The translations under genes were made by a program, and so were the position numbers. A stretch of DNA of 32,000 nt from Synechocystis sp. PCC 6803 substr. PCC-P. GTDB taxonomy: Bacteria > Cyanobacteriota > Cyanobacteriia > Cyanobacteriales > Microcystaceae. Every line of letters starts with the position of its first letter. The first letter of the stretch is position 1. Of the stretch, positions 1 to 10,338 are shown piece after piece. The stretch lies in NCBI RefSeq assembly GCF_000284455.1, contig NC_017039.1:1740001-1772000 (forward strand), read 5' to 3'. The notes under the pieces were generated by a model. It was given only the letters and a program-made list of their open reading frames with translations, was not told where the DNA came from and made no database searches.

Positions 1-1403
1 CGGTGGGCAATGTCCGCTTCCAATTGGGCTAAATCCACTGCTTGATTACCCTGAGCTTCAAAATCCTTGAGGCGACGGCGGGCTCGTTCCTGAACTGAAG
101 CGGTGAGGAAAATTTTCAATTCCGCGTTGGGAAAAACCTGGGTGCCAATGTCCCGACCTTCCGCCACAATTCCTCCTTGGTCGCCATACTTCCTTTGTAG
201 TTTTAGTAACTTGGCTCGAACGGCTCCCTGGGCAGCAATGGTGGAAACCAATTGGGTCACCGCCGGGGTGCGAATGGCATCACTGACATCTTGCCCATTA
301 ACTTTAACTCCGGTCAATTGGGGGGCAGGACGGGGCATTAGTTCAATCTCCGCACCACTGGTAAGTTCCGCCACCGCTGGTTCATCCTCGGGAGCAATGC
401 CCTGGTCTAAAATCAGCCAAGCCAAAGCTCGATACATGGCTCCGGTGTCTAAATAGGTCAGACCCAGGCCATCAGCCACCTGTCTGGTAACAGTGGATTT
501 TCCGGCTCCGGCGGGGCCATCAATGGCAATAATAGGCAGTCGATGATTAAGCACAAGATTATCAATTAAGCGGGTACTACCCACATAGGCGGCGATCGCC
601 ATTAAAACAGGATTTTGGTCCGGTAATGTTCCAGTGATGGGTTGCAGGGTGTCAGCTTCCACCAATTGCAAATATTGCACCTGGACAGACGGTTCCGCGT
701 CCAAAACGTCCTGGGTGGCGGTCAACAAAGCAGAAACTTGGCGATCGCCTTGACGATATCGCTGTTGGGCGGCTTGCAAACTGCGGTATAGCACCGTAGC
801 CTGTTCCTTTTCTATCGGGCTTAAATATTGATTGCGGGAACTCATGGCCAAACCCGATTCCTCGCGCACTGTGGCACAACTGCGGATAGTCACAGTTAAG
901 TTCAAGTCCTGCACTAGGCGACGAATAATAGCCAATTGTTGGGCATCTTTGGCACCGAAATAAGCCACATCGGGACAAACAATGGTGAACAATTTAGTGA
1001 CGATAGTAGCTACCCCCTGGAAATGGCCGGGACGATGGGCACCGCAGAGAACTTCCGTCATGGCTGGAGGAGGCAGTACCGTAGTTTGATCTCCTTTGGC
1101 ATCAATGCCCAAATCCGTCACCGTCGGGGCAAAAATTACCGCCACCCCCAAAGATTCTGCCCATTGGCGATCGCCGTCGAAGTCCCGGGGATATTTTTCC
1201 AAATCTTCACCGGGGCCAAATTGCAGGGGATTAACGAAAATAGATAACACGACTAAATCCATTTCCGCCACCGCCCGTTTGAGCAGACTGCCATGGCCGG
1301 CGTGGAGAGATCCCATGGTAGGAACTAAGCCCACGGTTTTGCCCCGACCAGCTTGGCGGAGATAGGTTTGTAACCCTGCGATTGTGCGAAAAACCTGCAC
1401 CAT
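1..1403 (-). CDS. panC-cmk: Bifunctional pantoate--beta-alanine ligase / cytidylate kinase (PanC-Cmk fusion); the 3' end runs off the window
   Basis: Absent from the ORF track because it has no stop inside the window. My reverse-complement translation from ATG (comp. 1401-1403) reads MVQVFRTIAGLQTYLRQAGRGKTVGLVPTMGSLHAGHGSLLKRAV... (PanC nucleotidyltransferase HxGH motif). It continues without stops into ...LPIIAIDGPAGAGKSTVTRQVADGLGLTYLDTGAMYRA... (Cmk P-loop) down to position 1. Confidence 0.9.
   Translation of the reverse strand, partial: MVQVFRTIAGLQTYLRQAGRGKTVGLVPTMGSLHAGHGSLLKRAVAEMDLVVLSIFVNPLQFGPGEDLEKYPRDFDGDRQWAESLGVAVIFAPTVTDLGIDAKGDQTTVLPPPAMTEVLCGAHRPGHFQGVATIVTKLFTIVCPDVAYFGAKDAQQLAIIRRLVQDLNLTVTIRSCATVREESGLAMSSRNQYLSPIEKEQATVLYRSLQAAQQRYRQGDRQVSALLTATQDVLDAEPSVQVQYLQLVEADTLQPITGTLPDQNPVLMAIAAYVGSTRLIDNLVLNHRLPIIAIDGPAGAGKSTVTRQVADGLGLTYLDTGAMYRALAWLILDQGIAPEDEPAVAELTSGAEIELMPRPAPQLTGVKVNGQDVSDAIRTPAVTQLVSTIAAQGAVRAKLLKLQRKYGDQGGIVAEGRDIGTQVFPNAELKIFLTASVQERARRRLKDFEAQGNQAVDLAQLEADIAH
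592..599. repeat. HIP1 octamer GCGATCGC; one example of roughly three dozen copies in the window
   Basis: Exact GCGATCGC. Other copies seen by eye include 741-748, 1167-1174, 3398-3405, 18037-18044 and 22623-22630. HIP1 over-representation is a known cyanobacterial genome signature. Confidence 0.9.
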
Positions 1404-1572
1404 TACTTCTTTGTTATTCTTTGGATTGTGTGCAAACGATGGAGGTCATTAAAACCTTTCCATGGCCGAAGTTTCATTGATATCCCAGACAAATTGCCCC
1501 GCTGTCCTAGACCCCCCGCCGCAAGTCTTCAATGATACAATGGAAGGCTGGAATTCCATCAACGGCGATCGT

Positions 1573-2397
1573 ATGCAAAGACTCATCGAGGGACTACAAA
1601 AATTTCGAGAAGGTTATTTCTCTTCCCACCGTGACCTCTTTGAGCAACTTTCTCACGGCCAACATCCCCGCATTCTCTTCATCTGTTGTTCCGATTCCCG
1701 GGTGGACCCCAATTTAATCACCCAATCGGAAGTGGGCGACCTGTTTGTTATTCGCAACGCTGGCAATATTATTCCCCCCTATGGAGCAGCCAACGGTGGG
1801 GAAGGGGCAGCCATGGAATATGCCCTAGTGGCGCTGGAAATTAATCAGATCATCGTCTGTGGCCATTCCCACTGCGGAGCCATGAAAGGTCTGCTCAAAC
1901 TCAACTCTCTCCAGGAAAAACTTCCTCTGGTGTACGATTGGCTCAAACATACGGAAGCCACCCGCCGTCTAGTTCTAGACAATTACAGCCATCTGGAAGG
2001 GGAAGATTTGATTGAAGTTGCTGTGGCAGAAAATATTCTCACCCAACTCAAAAACCTCCAGACCTATCCCGCCATCCATTCCCGGTTACATCGGGGAGAC
2101 CTTTCCCTCCACGGCTGGATTTATCGCATTGAAGAGGGTGAAGTACTGGCCTACGACGGTGTACTCCATGATTTTGTCGCCCCCCAAAGTCGCATCAATG
2201 CCCTGGAGCCGGAGGATGAGTACGCTCTCCATCCCAACTCACCCCTGATTTCCTACGATGCGTTTAAGGTTCCCGGCAAGGAACGTCCTGGTCGTGAGAA
2301 AGCAACAGAATCCCCAGCTCCCCAACTGTCTCCTTTACCTGGTTTTGGCCATTTGCCCAGGGAACAGGCGGAGCGCATTTATCGAGGCTCCCGTTAG
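1573..2397 (+). CDS. ccaA: Carboxysomal beta-class carbonic anhydrase CcaA/IcfA
   Basis: MQRLIEGLQKFREGYF...ILFICCSDSRVDP...VCGHSHCGAMKG carries the beta-CA Zn ligands (CxDxR ... HxxC). I chose the internal ATG at 1573 (274 aa), which matches my memory of the Synechocystis CcaA N-terminus. The track ORF starts at 1462. Confidence 0.88.
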   Translation: MQRLIEGLQKFREGYFSSHRDLFEQLSHGQHPRILFICCSDSRVDPNLITQSEVGDLFVIRNAGNIIPPYGAANGGEGAAMEYALVALEINQIIVCGHSHCGAMKGLLKLNSLQEKLPLVYDWLKHTEATRRLVLDNYSHLEGEDLIEVAVAENILTQLKNLQTYPAIHSRLHRGDLSLHGWIYRIEEGEVLAYDGVLHDFVAPQSRINALEPEDEYALHPNSPLISYDAFKVPGKERPGREKATESPAPQLSPLPGFGHLPREQAERIYRGSR

Positions 2398-2470
2398 ACT
2401 GGGTTAAACCCCATTGCAACCTTTGTCGGATAAACGCAAACAATGCCAATTTTAGGTAGGAATTGACCGG

Positions 2471-3220
2471 GTGCTGAATTCACTAATTGCTGACTTTAGG
2501 ATTATTTTTGAGCGAGATCCCGCTGCCCGCAATTGGTTAGAGGTGCTGTTTTGTTATCCTGGCTTGCAAGCTTTACTAATACATAGATTTTCTCATCGTC
2601 TTTATACTCTCGGGCTACCTTTCTTTCCTCGCCTAATGTCCCACCTTGCCCGCTTTTTCACCGGCATTGAAATCCATCCAGGGGCCCAGATTGGCCAGGG
2701 CGTGTTCATTGACCATGGCATGGGGGTAGTGATCGGTGAAACGGCGATCGTGGGGGACTATTCTTTGATTTACCAAGGGGTAACTCTGGGGGGCACAGGA
2801 AAAGAAAGTGGCAAGCGTCACCCGACCCTGGGGGAAAATGTGGTGGTGGGAGCTGGTGCTAAGGTATTGGGTAACATTGCCATCGGTGATAATGTCCGCA
2901 TTGGGGCGGGGTCAGTGGTGTTACGGGACGTGCCAGCAGATTTTACGGTGGTGGGGGTGCCAGGGCGCATGGTGCATCCTTCCGGGGAAAGGGTTAATCC
3001 TTTGGAACATGGTAAGTTACCAGATTCGGAGGGCAAAGTAATTCGCCTATTATTAGAAAGAATTGAATTACTAGAGCAACAGGTGGCCACCTTACAACAG
3101 CAACAATCGGAACAGGCCTGGGAATCGGATTATCGCTCCTGCTCTGAAACTGACCGGGAACCGGTGCTCTGTCGCCTTGGCGATCGCGAAATTGAAGAAT
3201 TTTTGGGGGGCACCCTCTGA
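2471..3220 (+). CDS. cysE: Serine O-acetyltransferase
   Basis: The SAT N-terminal helical region ([33 protein letters not shown]) is followed by left-handed beta-helix hexapeptide repeats ([29 protein letters not shown]...). GTG start. Confidence 0.9.
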   Translation: MLNSLIADFRIIFERDPAARNWLEVLFCYPGLQALLIHRFSHRLYTLGLPFFPRLMSHLARFFTGIEIHPGAQIGQGVFIDHGMGVVIGETAIVGDYSLIYQGVTLGGTGKESGKRHPTLGENVVVGAGAKVLGNIAIGDNVRIGAGSVVLRDVPADFTVVGVPGRMVHPSGERVNPLEHGKLPDSEGKVIRLLLERIELLEQQVATLQQQQSEQAWESDYRSCSETDREPVLCRLGDREIEEFLGGTL

Positions 3221-3525
3221 TATTCTCCCGGTAGCCATAACTGGGATGGGATGTGGAGGGGCATAGGAGGTGACTATTTGTTGGTTCACTTAGGAATTTT
3301 GGACAGAACTTTGGTGGTTAACCACACACTGTCGCCAAACTTGCCCCATTTTGCTCCGAGGGAATTTTCTGGGGTTGGTGTTGCGGGAAAAGCCTTGGCG
3401 ATCGCCTTTTTTTGTCCTCAATTTTTGGCCGGATGTTTTTTCCTGTTTAATAAAATCTTTCTAATTGTCTTAAGATGTGAACGCAAGGCCGTCCTCAAGG
3501 GCGGGGTTTCAGACCCATTTTTTCG

Positions 3526-5121
3526 ATGAATAACCAACAACTTTGGCAACGTTATCAAGATTGGCTTTATTACCATGGTGGCCTCGATTTTTACCTGGAT
3601 GTGAGCCGCATGGGATTTAGTGATGCTTTGGTAGAAGATTTGCAACCCAAGTTTGCCAAAGCTTTTCAAGATATGGTGGCGCTGGAAAAAGGGGCGATCG
3701 CCAACCCAGACGAACAACGCATGGTGGGGCATTACTGGCTACGCAATCCGGCCCTGGCCCCCAATGATGGGATCCGGGCTGAAATCACTGAACCATTACG
3801 GCAAATCAAAGCCTTTGTCGCTGACGTACACCAAGGGAACATAAAACCCCCCACAGCCCCTAAATTTACCGACCTGCTGGCGATCGGCATTGGTGGTTCG
3901 GCTCTAGGCCCCCAATTTGTGGCCCAGGCCTTGGCCCCCAATTTCCCTCCCTTGGCGATTCACTTCATCGATAACTCTGACCCCGACGGCATTGACCGGG
4001 TGCTGAACTGCTTAAAAGCCCAAGACAAACTAAAAAGTACGCTAGTGGTGACCACTAGTAAATCCGGCGGCACCCCCGAACCCCGCAATGGTCTGGCGGA
4101 AACGAAGGCAGTATTTGAAGCCCAGGGCCTTCATTTTGCCGATTATGCGGTGGCGGTGACCATGCCCGGCAGTAAACTTTCCCAGCAGGCCCAGACGGAA
4201 CAATGGTTACAAGCTTTTCCCATGCAGGATTGGGTGGGTGGGAGAACCTCTGAGTTATCGGCGGTGGGACTATTACCGGCCGCTCTCCAGGGCATTGACA
4301 TTCAGGCCATGCTCGACGGGGCTAAAACCATGGATGAAGCCACTAGGGTGAGGGAATTAAGACAAAATCCAGCGGCTCTATTGGCGTTAGCTTGGTATTA
4401 TGCCGGGGATGGCCAAGGGAAAAAAGACATGGTGATTCTCCCCTATAAAGATAGGCTGTTGTTATTTAGTCGCTATTTGCAACAGTTGGTTATGGAATCC
4501 CTCGGTAAAGAGCGGGATTTGGATGGCAATGTGGTCCACCAGGGCATTGCAGTCTATGGCAATAAGGGTTCTACGGATCAACATGCCTACGTCCAGCAGT
4601 TGCGGGATGGGGTGCCCAACTTTTTTGCCACTTTCATTGAGGTATTGCACGATCGCCAAGGGCCATCCCTAGAGTTAGAGCCGGGGGTCACCAGTGGGGA
4701 TTATTTATCGGGATTTTTGCAGGGCACCAGGCAAGCGCTATTTGAAAATCAACGGGACTCCATCACTGTCACCATTCCCGAGGTGGACGCTACCAGCGTT
4801 GGGGCTTTGATTGCCCTATATGAAAGAGCAGTGAGTTTTTATGGTTCCTTGGTGAACGTCAACGCCTACCATCAACCGGGGGTAGAAGCGGGGAAAAAGG
4901 CCGCCGCCTCGATTTTGGAACTACAGAAGGCGATTCTCTCTACCCTACAAAATGAATCCGGGCCCATTGCCCTAGAAGCGTTGGCCACCAAAGTGCAAGC
5001 ACCAGAACAGGTGGAAACGGTGTATAAAATAGTCCGCCATTTAGCCGCCAATGACCGGGGCGTGACCCTCCAGGGCGATCGCCAATTTCCCCAACGGCTG
5101 CAAATCCAGTGGCGGAGTTAA
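3526..5121 (+). CDS. pgi: Glucose-6-phosphate isomerase
   Basis: 531-aa ORF with PGI signatures ([47 protein letters not shown]). Confidence 0.95.
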
Positions 5122-5335
5122 GACAGATTAATTCTCAATTGTTAATGGTGGACCAGGTAATCGCGGCTGAATTCAGAAGCAATTCGGTTCCTGGTCAATG
5201 GCAACGTGTTATAAAAAGAAAAGTTTGTTTACCTGAGTATTAATTCCTAGGCACGGCAAACCTTGGCCGCTTTATAGCCCATGAATCCATAAACAAAATC
5301 TGTCCGACCTTCCATTTGGAGATAAACCTTTATAA

Positions 5336-6391
5336 ATGACTGCCACGATTCCCCCGTTGACACCAACGGTAACGCCCAGCAATCCCGATCGCCCGATTGC
5401 GGATCTCAAACTACAAGACATCATTAAAACCCTGCCCAAGGAATGCTTCGAGAAAAAAGCGAGCAAAGCCTGGGCTTCTGTTTTGATTACCCTAGGGGCG
5501 ATCGCCGTGGGCTATTTGGGCATTATTTATCTGCCCTGGTACTGCTTGCCCATTACCTGGATCTGGACAGGGACAGCCTTAACGGGGGCCTTCGTTGTCG
5601 GCCATGACTGTGGCCATCGCTCCTTTGCTAAAAAACGCTGGGTCAATGATTTAGTGGGACATATCGCTTTTGCTCCCCTCATCTACCCTTTCCATAGCTG
5701 GCGCCTACTCCACGACCACCATCACCTCCACACCAACAAAATTGAGGTTGATAACGCCTGGGATCCCTGGAGTGTGGAAGCTTTCCAAGCCAGCCCGGCG
5801 ATCGTCCGGCTTTTTTATCGGGCCATCCGGGGTCCCTTCTGGTGGACTGGTTCCATTTTCCATTGGAGCTTAATGCACTTCAAACTTTCCAACTTTGCCC
5901 AAAGGGACCGCAATAAAGTCAAATTATCCATTGCCGTTGTCTTCCTGTTTGCGGCGATCGCCTTTCCTGCCCTAATTATCACCACAGGGGTGTGGGGTTT
6001 CGTCAAATTTTGGCTAATGCCCTGGTTGGTGTATCACTTTTGGATGAGCACTTTTACCATTGTGCACCACACCATTCCCGAAATTCGTTTCCGTCCCGCC
6101 GCCGATTGGAGTGCCGCCGAAGCCCAGTTAAATGGTACTGTTCACTGCGATTATCCCCGTTGGGTGGAAGTGCTCTGCCATGACATCAACGTCCATATTC
6201 CCCACCACCTCTCCGTTGCCATCCCTTCCTATAACCTACGACTAGCCCACGGAAGTTTAAAAGAAAACTGGGGACCTTTTCTTTACGAGCGCACCTTTAA
6301 CTGGCAATTAATGCAACAAATTAGTGGGCAATGTCATTTATATGACCCCGAACATGGCTACCGCACCTTCGGCTCCCTGAAAAAAGTTTAA
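5336..6391 (+). CDS. desA: Acyl-lipid delta-12 (omega-6) fatty-acid desaturase
   Basis: 351 aa with three histidine boxes ([19 protein letters not shown]) and membrane spans. The length and sequence match my memory of Synechocystis DesA. Confidence 0.93.
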   Translation: MTATIPPLTPTVTPSNPDRPIADLKLQDIIKTLPKECFEKKASKAWASVLITLGAIAVGYLGIIYLPWYCLPITWIWTGTALTGAFVVGHDCGHRSFAKKRWVNDLVGHIAFAPLIYPFHSWRLLHDHHHLHTNKIEVDNAWDPWSVEAFQASPAIVRLFYRAIRGPFWWTGSIFHWSLMHFKLSNFAQRDRNKVKLSIAVVFLFAAIAFPALIITTGVWGFVKFWLMPWLVYHFWMSTFTIVHHTIPEIRFRPAADWSAAEAQLNGTVHCDYPRWVEVLCHDINVHIPHHLSVAIPSYNLRLAHGSLKENWGPFLYERTFNWQLMQQISGQCHLYDPEHGYRTFGSLKKV

Positions 6392-6547
6392 TACTGGGAC
6401 AACTAGTAATTTTTGACCCATGATTGGTCAGTAATTAACTTTGACTGATCCCCAGGGAGAGAAATACCAGATCACAAATTAACTATCTTGGAATGCGGCC
6501 ATCGAGCTGTATTCCTTTTTTCTTTTCTTGGTGAGGAAAAAAACTTT

Positions 6548-7921
6548 CTAAGTGGGCAGATGGGAGCGGTTCAGACTAGAAAGATCCACTCGGCCAAAAT
6601 GAATGCTAAACGCAACCTGCATATTCTCCAAGGTTTTCACTAGCCAAGGTACCCCTTCCCGGGCCACCGACTCATAATGATTAAACAAAATTGAAAAACG
6701 TTTTTCCAAATAAGGCTTAACCTTGGAGCAGAAAAGCACAATTTTTAGCAATACGCCAATGGTCTTCTTCACACCAATATTGGAAATTAGATCAATAAAG
6801 ACATAGTGATCAGGATTTTTGCTACCTTCCACCACCAAAAAGTTGAGCAACTGACTAGAAGTCCGCATCATTAAAAATTCTGTTGGCTTCTGTTGATTGC
6901 ACTCTGGATAGGCATTTTGGAATAGATCAAATAATTTCTTATCAAAACTTCCTTGTTTGTAATTATTCTGTAGGGAGCCCCGGATATATTCGTAAAGTTC
7001 ATCCTTAAAAGTGCCAAAAGATTGGGTATAGGCCACATGGTTACGAAAACTTTTGGAAAGGGACCGGTAACTCTGACCGTTTTCCACGGAACCAACAAAA
7101 TGTTTGAGGGAACTGTTTAGATCCCGATCACTCAGTAGGGTGGGATTTTGCACGGGCTTGATCAATTCCTTATCCGGCAAGATGAGTCCGGCTTTATTAG
7201 TTCTGGCCATGCGCACCCGGTAGGTGACGTACTGAGAAAGGTTAATTTCAAACTTACGCTCATTTTGAGCTTTGATGCGGTGGATAGTTTGGCGATGTTC
7301 CCGACTGCTGTCATCCCCCATAAGACAATAATCATACAGATAGGGATAGCGGTGGATAAGGGTGCCGACGGAGCTAGATTTCGTTTCAAACTTGGTGCTG
7401 ACAACGCTGGCCAATCTTTTCAAGCGGACAAATTGTTCGCTCAAGGTAAAGTTTTTAACTAGTTGGCGGATGTTACCTTTTGTATTACCCCCGGGGCTGA
7501 TGTTAGCCACTGCTTTTTCCACCATATTTACCAGCTGGGGAATGGAACGCTGGGTTTGGGGAGAAAGTTGCCAATAGTTGATCAGAATATAGCAACAACG
7601 GTTAAAAAAGTAGTTAAATTCTTCGGTATTATTTTTAACTCTAATTACTTTTTCTAAGTGGGTAGAAACTTGTCCTTGGGAACTGCCCTGTCCGCTCAAA
7701 AAAAGATTACCCATTACTTCCAATACCCGTTCCCCTTCCACCGACTGGACCAAGTCGAGCAGATAATCATAAATTGCCTGCTCGTCATTCATTTTGTAGG
7801 GGTCGCTAGCCTGGGGATGGTTATAGTTCACAGTGGTAACCCTCTTTGGGGAAAAGGGGGCAAATTGGGAGCAGGAAAAATCGATAATGAAAACGAAATC
7901 ATGAGATAAGGTCAAAGACAC
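6548..7921 (-). CDS. Hypothetical protein with no domain I can recognise
   Basis: Long uninterrupted ORF of 457 aa from GTG at 7921. An alternative ATG at 7792 gives 414 aa starting MNDEQAIYDY. The gene is AT-rich and has no HIP1 site. It is coding by length only. Confidence 0.6.
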   Translation of the reverse strand: MSLTLSHDFVFIIDFSCSQFAPFSPKRVTTVNYNHPQASDPYKMNDEQAIYDYLLDLVQSVEGERVLEVMGNLFLSGQGSSQGQVSTHLEKVIRVKNNTEEFNYFFNRCCYILINYWQLSPQTQRSIPQLVNMVEKAVANISPGGNTKGNIRQLVKNFTLSEQFVRLKRLASVVSTKFETKSSSVGTLIHRYPYLYDYCLMGDDSSREHRQTIHRIKAQNERKFEINLSQYVTYRVRMARTNKAGLILPDKELIKPVQNPTLLSDRDLNSSLKHFVGSVENGQSYRSLSKSFRNHVAYTQSFGTFKDELYEYIRGSLQNNYKQGSFDKKLFDLFQNAYPECNQQKPTEFLMMRTSSQLLNFLVVEGSKNPDHYVFIDLISNIGVKKTIGVLLKIVLFCSKVKPYLEKRFSILFNHYESVAREGVPWLVKTLENMQVAFSIHFGRVDLSSLNRSHLPT

Positions 7922-8073
7922 CCTGGGCCTTTAATCAGGCACCGCTGTGGATGGTAAGATACACCCTGGTCCCATCGGAATAAAACCAGGATGTTTTTAC
8001 TGGTCATTACTGGCTTCCGATTTTTCTGTATCTATTTCTCCTCCAATGTAAGTGATGCAAGCACCCATGGGAG

Positions 8074-8087
8074 GTGATCTAGATCAC
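8074..8087. promoter_or_regulatory. Perfect 14-bp palindrome GTGATCTAGATCAC in a divergent intergenic region
   Basis: Read directly from the sequence. It lies 87-100 nt upstream of the murF ATG and about 150 nt upstream of the divergent hypothetical gene. It is an operator-like candidate only. Confidence 0.3.
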
Positions 8088-8173
8088 AGATAAAAATTGC
8101 AAATGACTTAACATTCCTGAGTCAATTCTAACTCAGTTTTCCTCCGCCATATTTTTCACTCCTATTCTTTCCC

Positions 8174-9538
8174 ATGAACTCCAAACTTTCCCTATTTGAC
8201 ATCCGTACATTCCTAGAAAGTTGTCTATTGTCTGTTACCAATCTTTCCGAGGATATACGGATAAATAATATTTGCACCGATACAAGATCTTTGGTGTCAG
8301 GGGACCTATTTCTTGCCTTGCGGGGGGAAAGTTTTGATGGCCATAGCTTCATTCCCCAGGCCTTGACGGCGGGGGCGATCGCCGTGGTGACGGATCGGCC
8401 AGTGGAGGGATTAGGGGAGACGGTGGCCCAATTTTTAGTGGAAGATACTTTGGTGGCCTATCAACACATCGCAGCGGGATGGCGACAACGGTTTACCATT
8501 CCCATCATTGGGGTAACCGGTTCTGTGGGTAAGACCACCACCAAAGAATTAATTGCGGCGGTGTTGTCCCAGTTTGGCAATGTGCATAAAACCAGAGCTA
8601 ATTACAACAATGAAATTGGGGTGCCGAAAACTTTGTTGGAACTATCCCCAGACCATGATTTTGCCATTGTGGAAATGGCCATGCGGGGTCGGGGGCAAAT
8701 TGCTCTTTTGGCGGATATTGCCAAGCCCACCATCGGTTTAATTACTAACGTTGGCACTGCCCACATTGGTCTTTTAGGCTCGGAGTTGGCGATCGCCGAA
8801 GCCAAGTGTGAATTACTAGCCCACCAACCGCCCGAGAGCACCGCCATTCTCAATCGGGATAATGCTTTGTTAATGGAGACAGCCCAACGGTTTTGGCAGG
8901 GAAAAACCATTACCTATGGCCTAGAAGGGGGAGATGTGCACGGGACAGTGGATGGGGAAAATTTAATCCTTGATGGAGTTAGTTTGCCTTTGCCCCTAGC
9001 CGGTGTCCACAATGCCTCTAATTACCTAGCGGCGATCGCCGTGGCCCAATGTTTAGGGTTGGACTGGCAGCAGTTACAGTCGGGGCTGACGGTGGAGTTA
9101 CCCAAGGGGCGGGCCCGTCGTTACCAATGGGGCCAGGACGTGGTTCTATTGGATGAAACCTATAACGCTGGCTTGGAATCCATGTTGGCATCCTTGGATT
9201 TATTGGCCAATACCCCTGGGAAGCGACGTTTAGCAGTGCTGGGGGCGATGAAGGAACTGGGAGATTATGGCCCGACATTTCACCAACGGGTGGGGGCCAA
9301 AGTGAAAGCCCTAGGTTTAGACGGTCTTTTCCTATTAGCCAATGATCCCAATACCGATGCCATTGCCGCCGGGGCTAACGGTGTGGAGACCCAATCCTTC
9401 AGCGATGGGCCTAGTTTAGTGGCAGCCCTAAAAACTACCCTCCAACCAGGCGATCGCCTCCTGTTTAAAGCATCCAATTCCGTCGGTCTAGGGGCTGTGG
9501 TCAGTCAGTTGTTGGCAGAAAATCCCACTTCGGTTTAA
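8174..9538 (+). CDS. murF: UDP-N-acetylmuramoyl-tripeptide--D-alanyl-D-alanine ligase
   Basis: Mur ligase architecture with the P-loop GVTGSVGKTTTKE and MurF-like N- and C-terminal domains. 454 aa. Confidence 0.9.
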   Translation: MNSKLSLFDIRTFLESCLLSVTNLSEDIRINNICTDTRSLVSGDLFLALRGESFDGHSFIPQALTAGAIAVVTDRPVEGLGETVAQFLVEDTLVAYQHIAAGWRQRFTIPIIGVTGSVGKTTTKELIAAVLSQFGNVHKTRANYNNEIGVPKTLLELSPDHDFAIVEMAMRGRGQIALLADIAKPTIGLITNVGTAHIGLLGSELAIAEAKCELLAHQPPESTAILNRDNALLMETAQRFWQGKTITYGLEGGDVHGTVDGENLILDGVSLPLPLAGVHNASNYLAAIAVAQCLGLDWQQLQSGLTVELPKGRARRYQWGQDVVLLDETYNAGLESMLASLDLLANTPGKRRLAVLGAMKELGDYGPTFHQRVGAKVKALGLDGLFLLANDPNTDAIAAGANGVETQSFSDGPSLVAALKTTLQPGDRLLFKASNSVGLGAVVSQLLAENPTSV

Positions 9539-9708
9539 AACGGCAAGGCTTGAGTCAGTTAAAAATGGGGTTAATCTCACTCCAGCGGGATCAATCGAGA
9601 TCAATAGGTGTGGGGTTGGTTGGCAGTGGCATCCAACAAATGGCCTAAAACCAGATGGTTAAGAACATGGCTAAAAACGTCTATCCAAACCAATCTGGCC
9701 TTATCCCT

Positions 9709-10095
9709 TCAGAGGGTTTTGAGGTAATTCAATAAATCCGCCATCTCCTGGGGATTGGGTTCAAACTGGGGCATGGGAGGAGTTTGACCACTCACCACCT
9801 GATGAATGATGTGGCTCTGGGACCGCCGTTGGGATACCCCCCAAAGACTGGGGCCAATGTAACCGTCAGCTTGGATGCCATGGCAAACTGCACAGTTAGC
9901 TTGAAAAATGGCCCGACCCCTATCCGCATCTCCTTTGAGAGCGAGTACCTGGCTTACATAGGGGTCAAAGTTCATAAAACTAAACAAAGCCACTGCCAAT
10001 ATCACCAGGGAAACAATGCCTGCCATAATCCATATCCCAGTGGGGGAAGCATTTACCGTGGCAACAGTTGGACTTTTTTCGATTACAGGGGCCAT
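9709..10095 (-). CDS. cytM: Cytochrome cM (membrane-anchored c-type cytochrome)
   Basis: N-terminal hydrophobic anchor (IWIMAGIVSLVILAVALFSF), heme-binding CAVCHG and a distal Met region (PPMPQF). Confidence 0.82.
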   Translation of the reverse strand: MAPVIEKSPTVATVNASPTGIWIMAGIVSLVILAVALFSFMNFDPYVSQVLALKGDADRGRAIFQANCAVCHGIQADGYIGPSLWGVSQRRSQSHIIHQVVSGQTPPMPQFEPNPQEMADLLNYLKTL

Positions 10096-10140
10096 GGGTT
10101 AAGAACGATTGGTCAAGGTGGCCAGAACCACCACTCAGAA

Positions 10141-10160
10141 ACTTAATCTAACTTAATCTA
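10141..10160. repeat. Perfect tandem duplication ACTTAATCTA x2
   Basis: Read directly from the sequence. It lies 46-65 nt upstream of the cytM start on the minus strand. Confidence 0.8.
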
Positions 10161-10230
10161 TTGTATTGATGCCGGGCATTCCTGTCTTTGCTCAGTCCCA
10201 GATTGAAGTCCGGATTAACCCTGTTGACAA

Positions 10231-10283
10231 ACTAAAACTCCCCCGATATCGATACCCAGAATTTTCCTAGGTCGGGGGGGGAG
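10231..10283 (-). terminator. Candidate intrinsic terminator downstream of rplI
   Basis: The minus-strand RNA reads CUCCCCCCCCGA...(loop)...UCGGGGGAG followed by UUUUAGUUUG. The stem is C/G-rich, the C run is longer than the G run so there is a bulge, and the loop is large. The hairpin starts about 55 nt after the rplI stop. Confidence 0.4.
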
Positions 10284-10338
10284 CATTGACAAAAATCTAT
10301 CCAGCTCGGCCCCAATGGATCAGCAAGGGCCCGCCGGC

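Noticed and set aside
103-1365. Track ORFs 103-456 (+), 652-978 (-), 936-1247 (+) and 1096-1365 (+) as genes
   Set aside because: All overlap the clearly homologous PanC-Cmk reading frame on the minus strand. Their translations are low-complexity, rich in Arg, Ser and Pro, and have no motifs.
1462-1572. 37-codon N-terminal extension of ccaA from the ATG at 1462
   Set aside because: The beta-CA homology and the CcaA N-terminus I remember begin at MQRLIEGL (1573). The extension has no CA-like or signal features. The upstream start cannot be excluded without transcription start site or proteomic data.
5151-5196. Hairpin after pgi (GACCAGG...CCTGGTC enclosing the palindrome CTGAATTCAG) as an intrinsic terminator
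   Set aside because: The 7-bp outer stem encloses a 32-nt interior and no T tract follows. The evidence is too weak to call.
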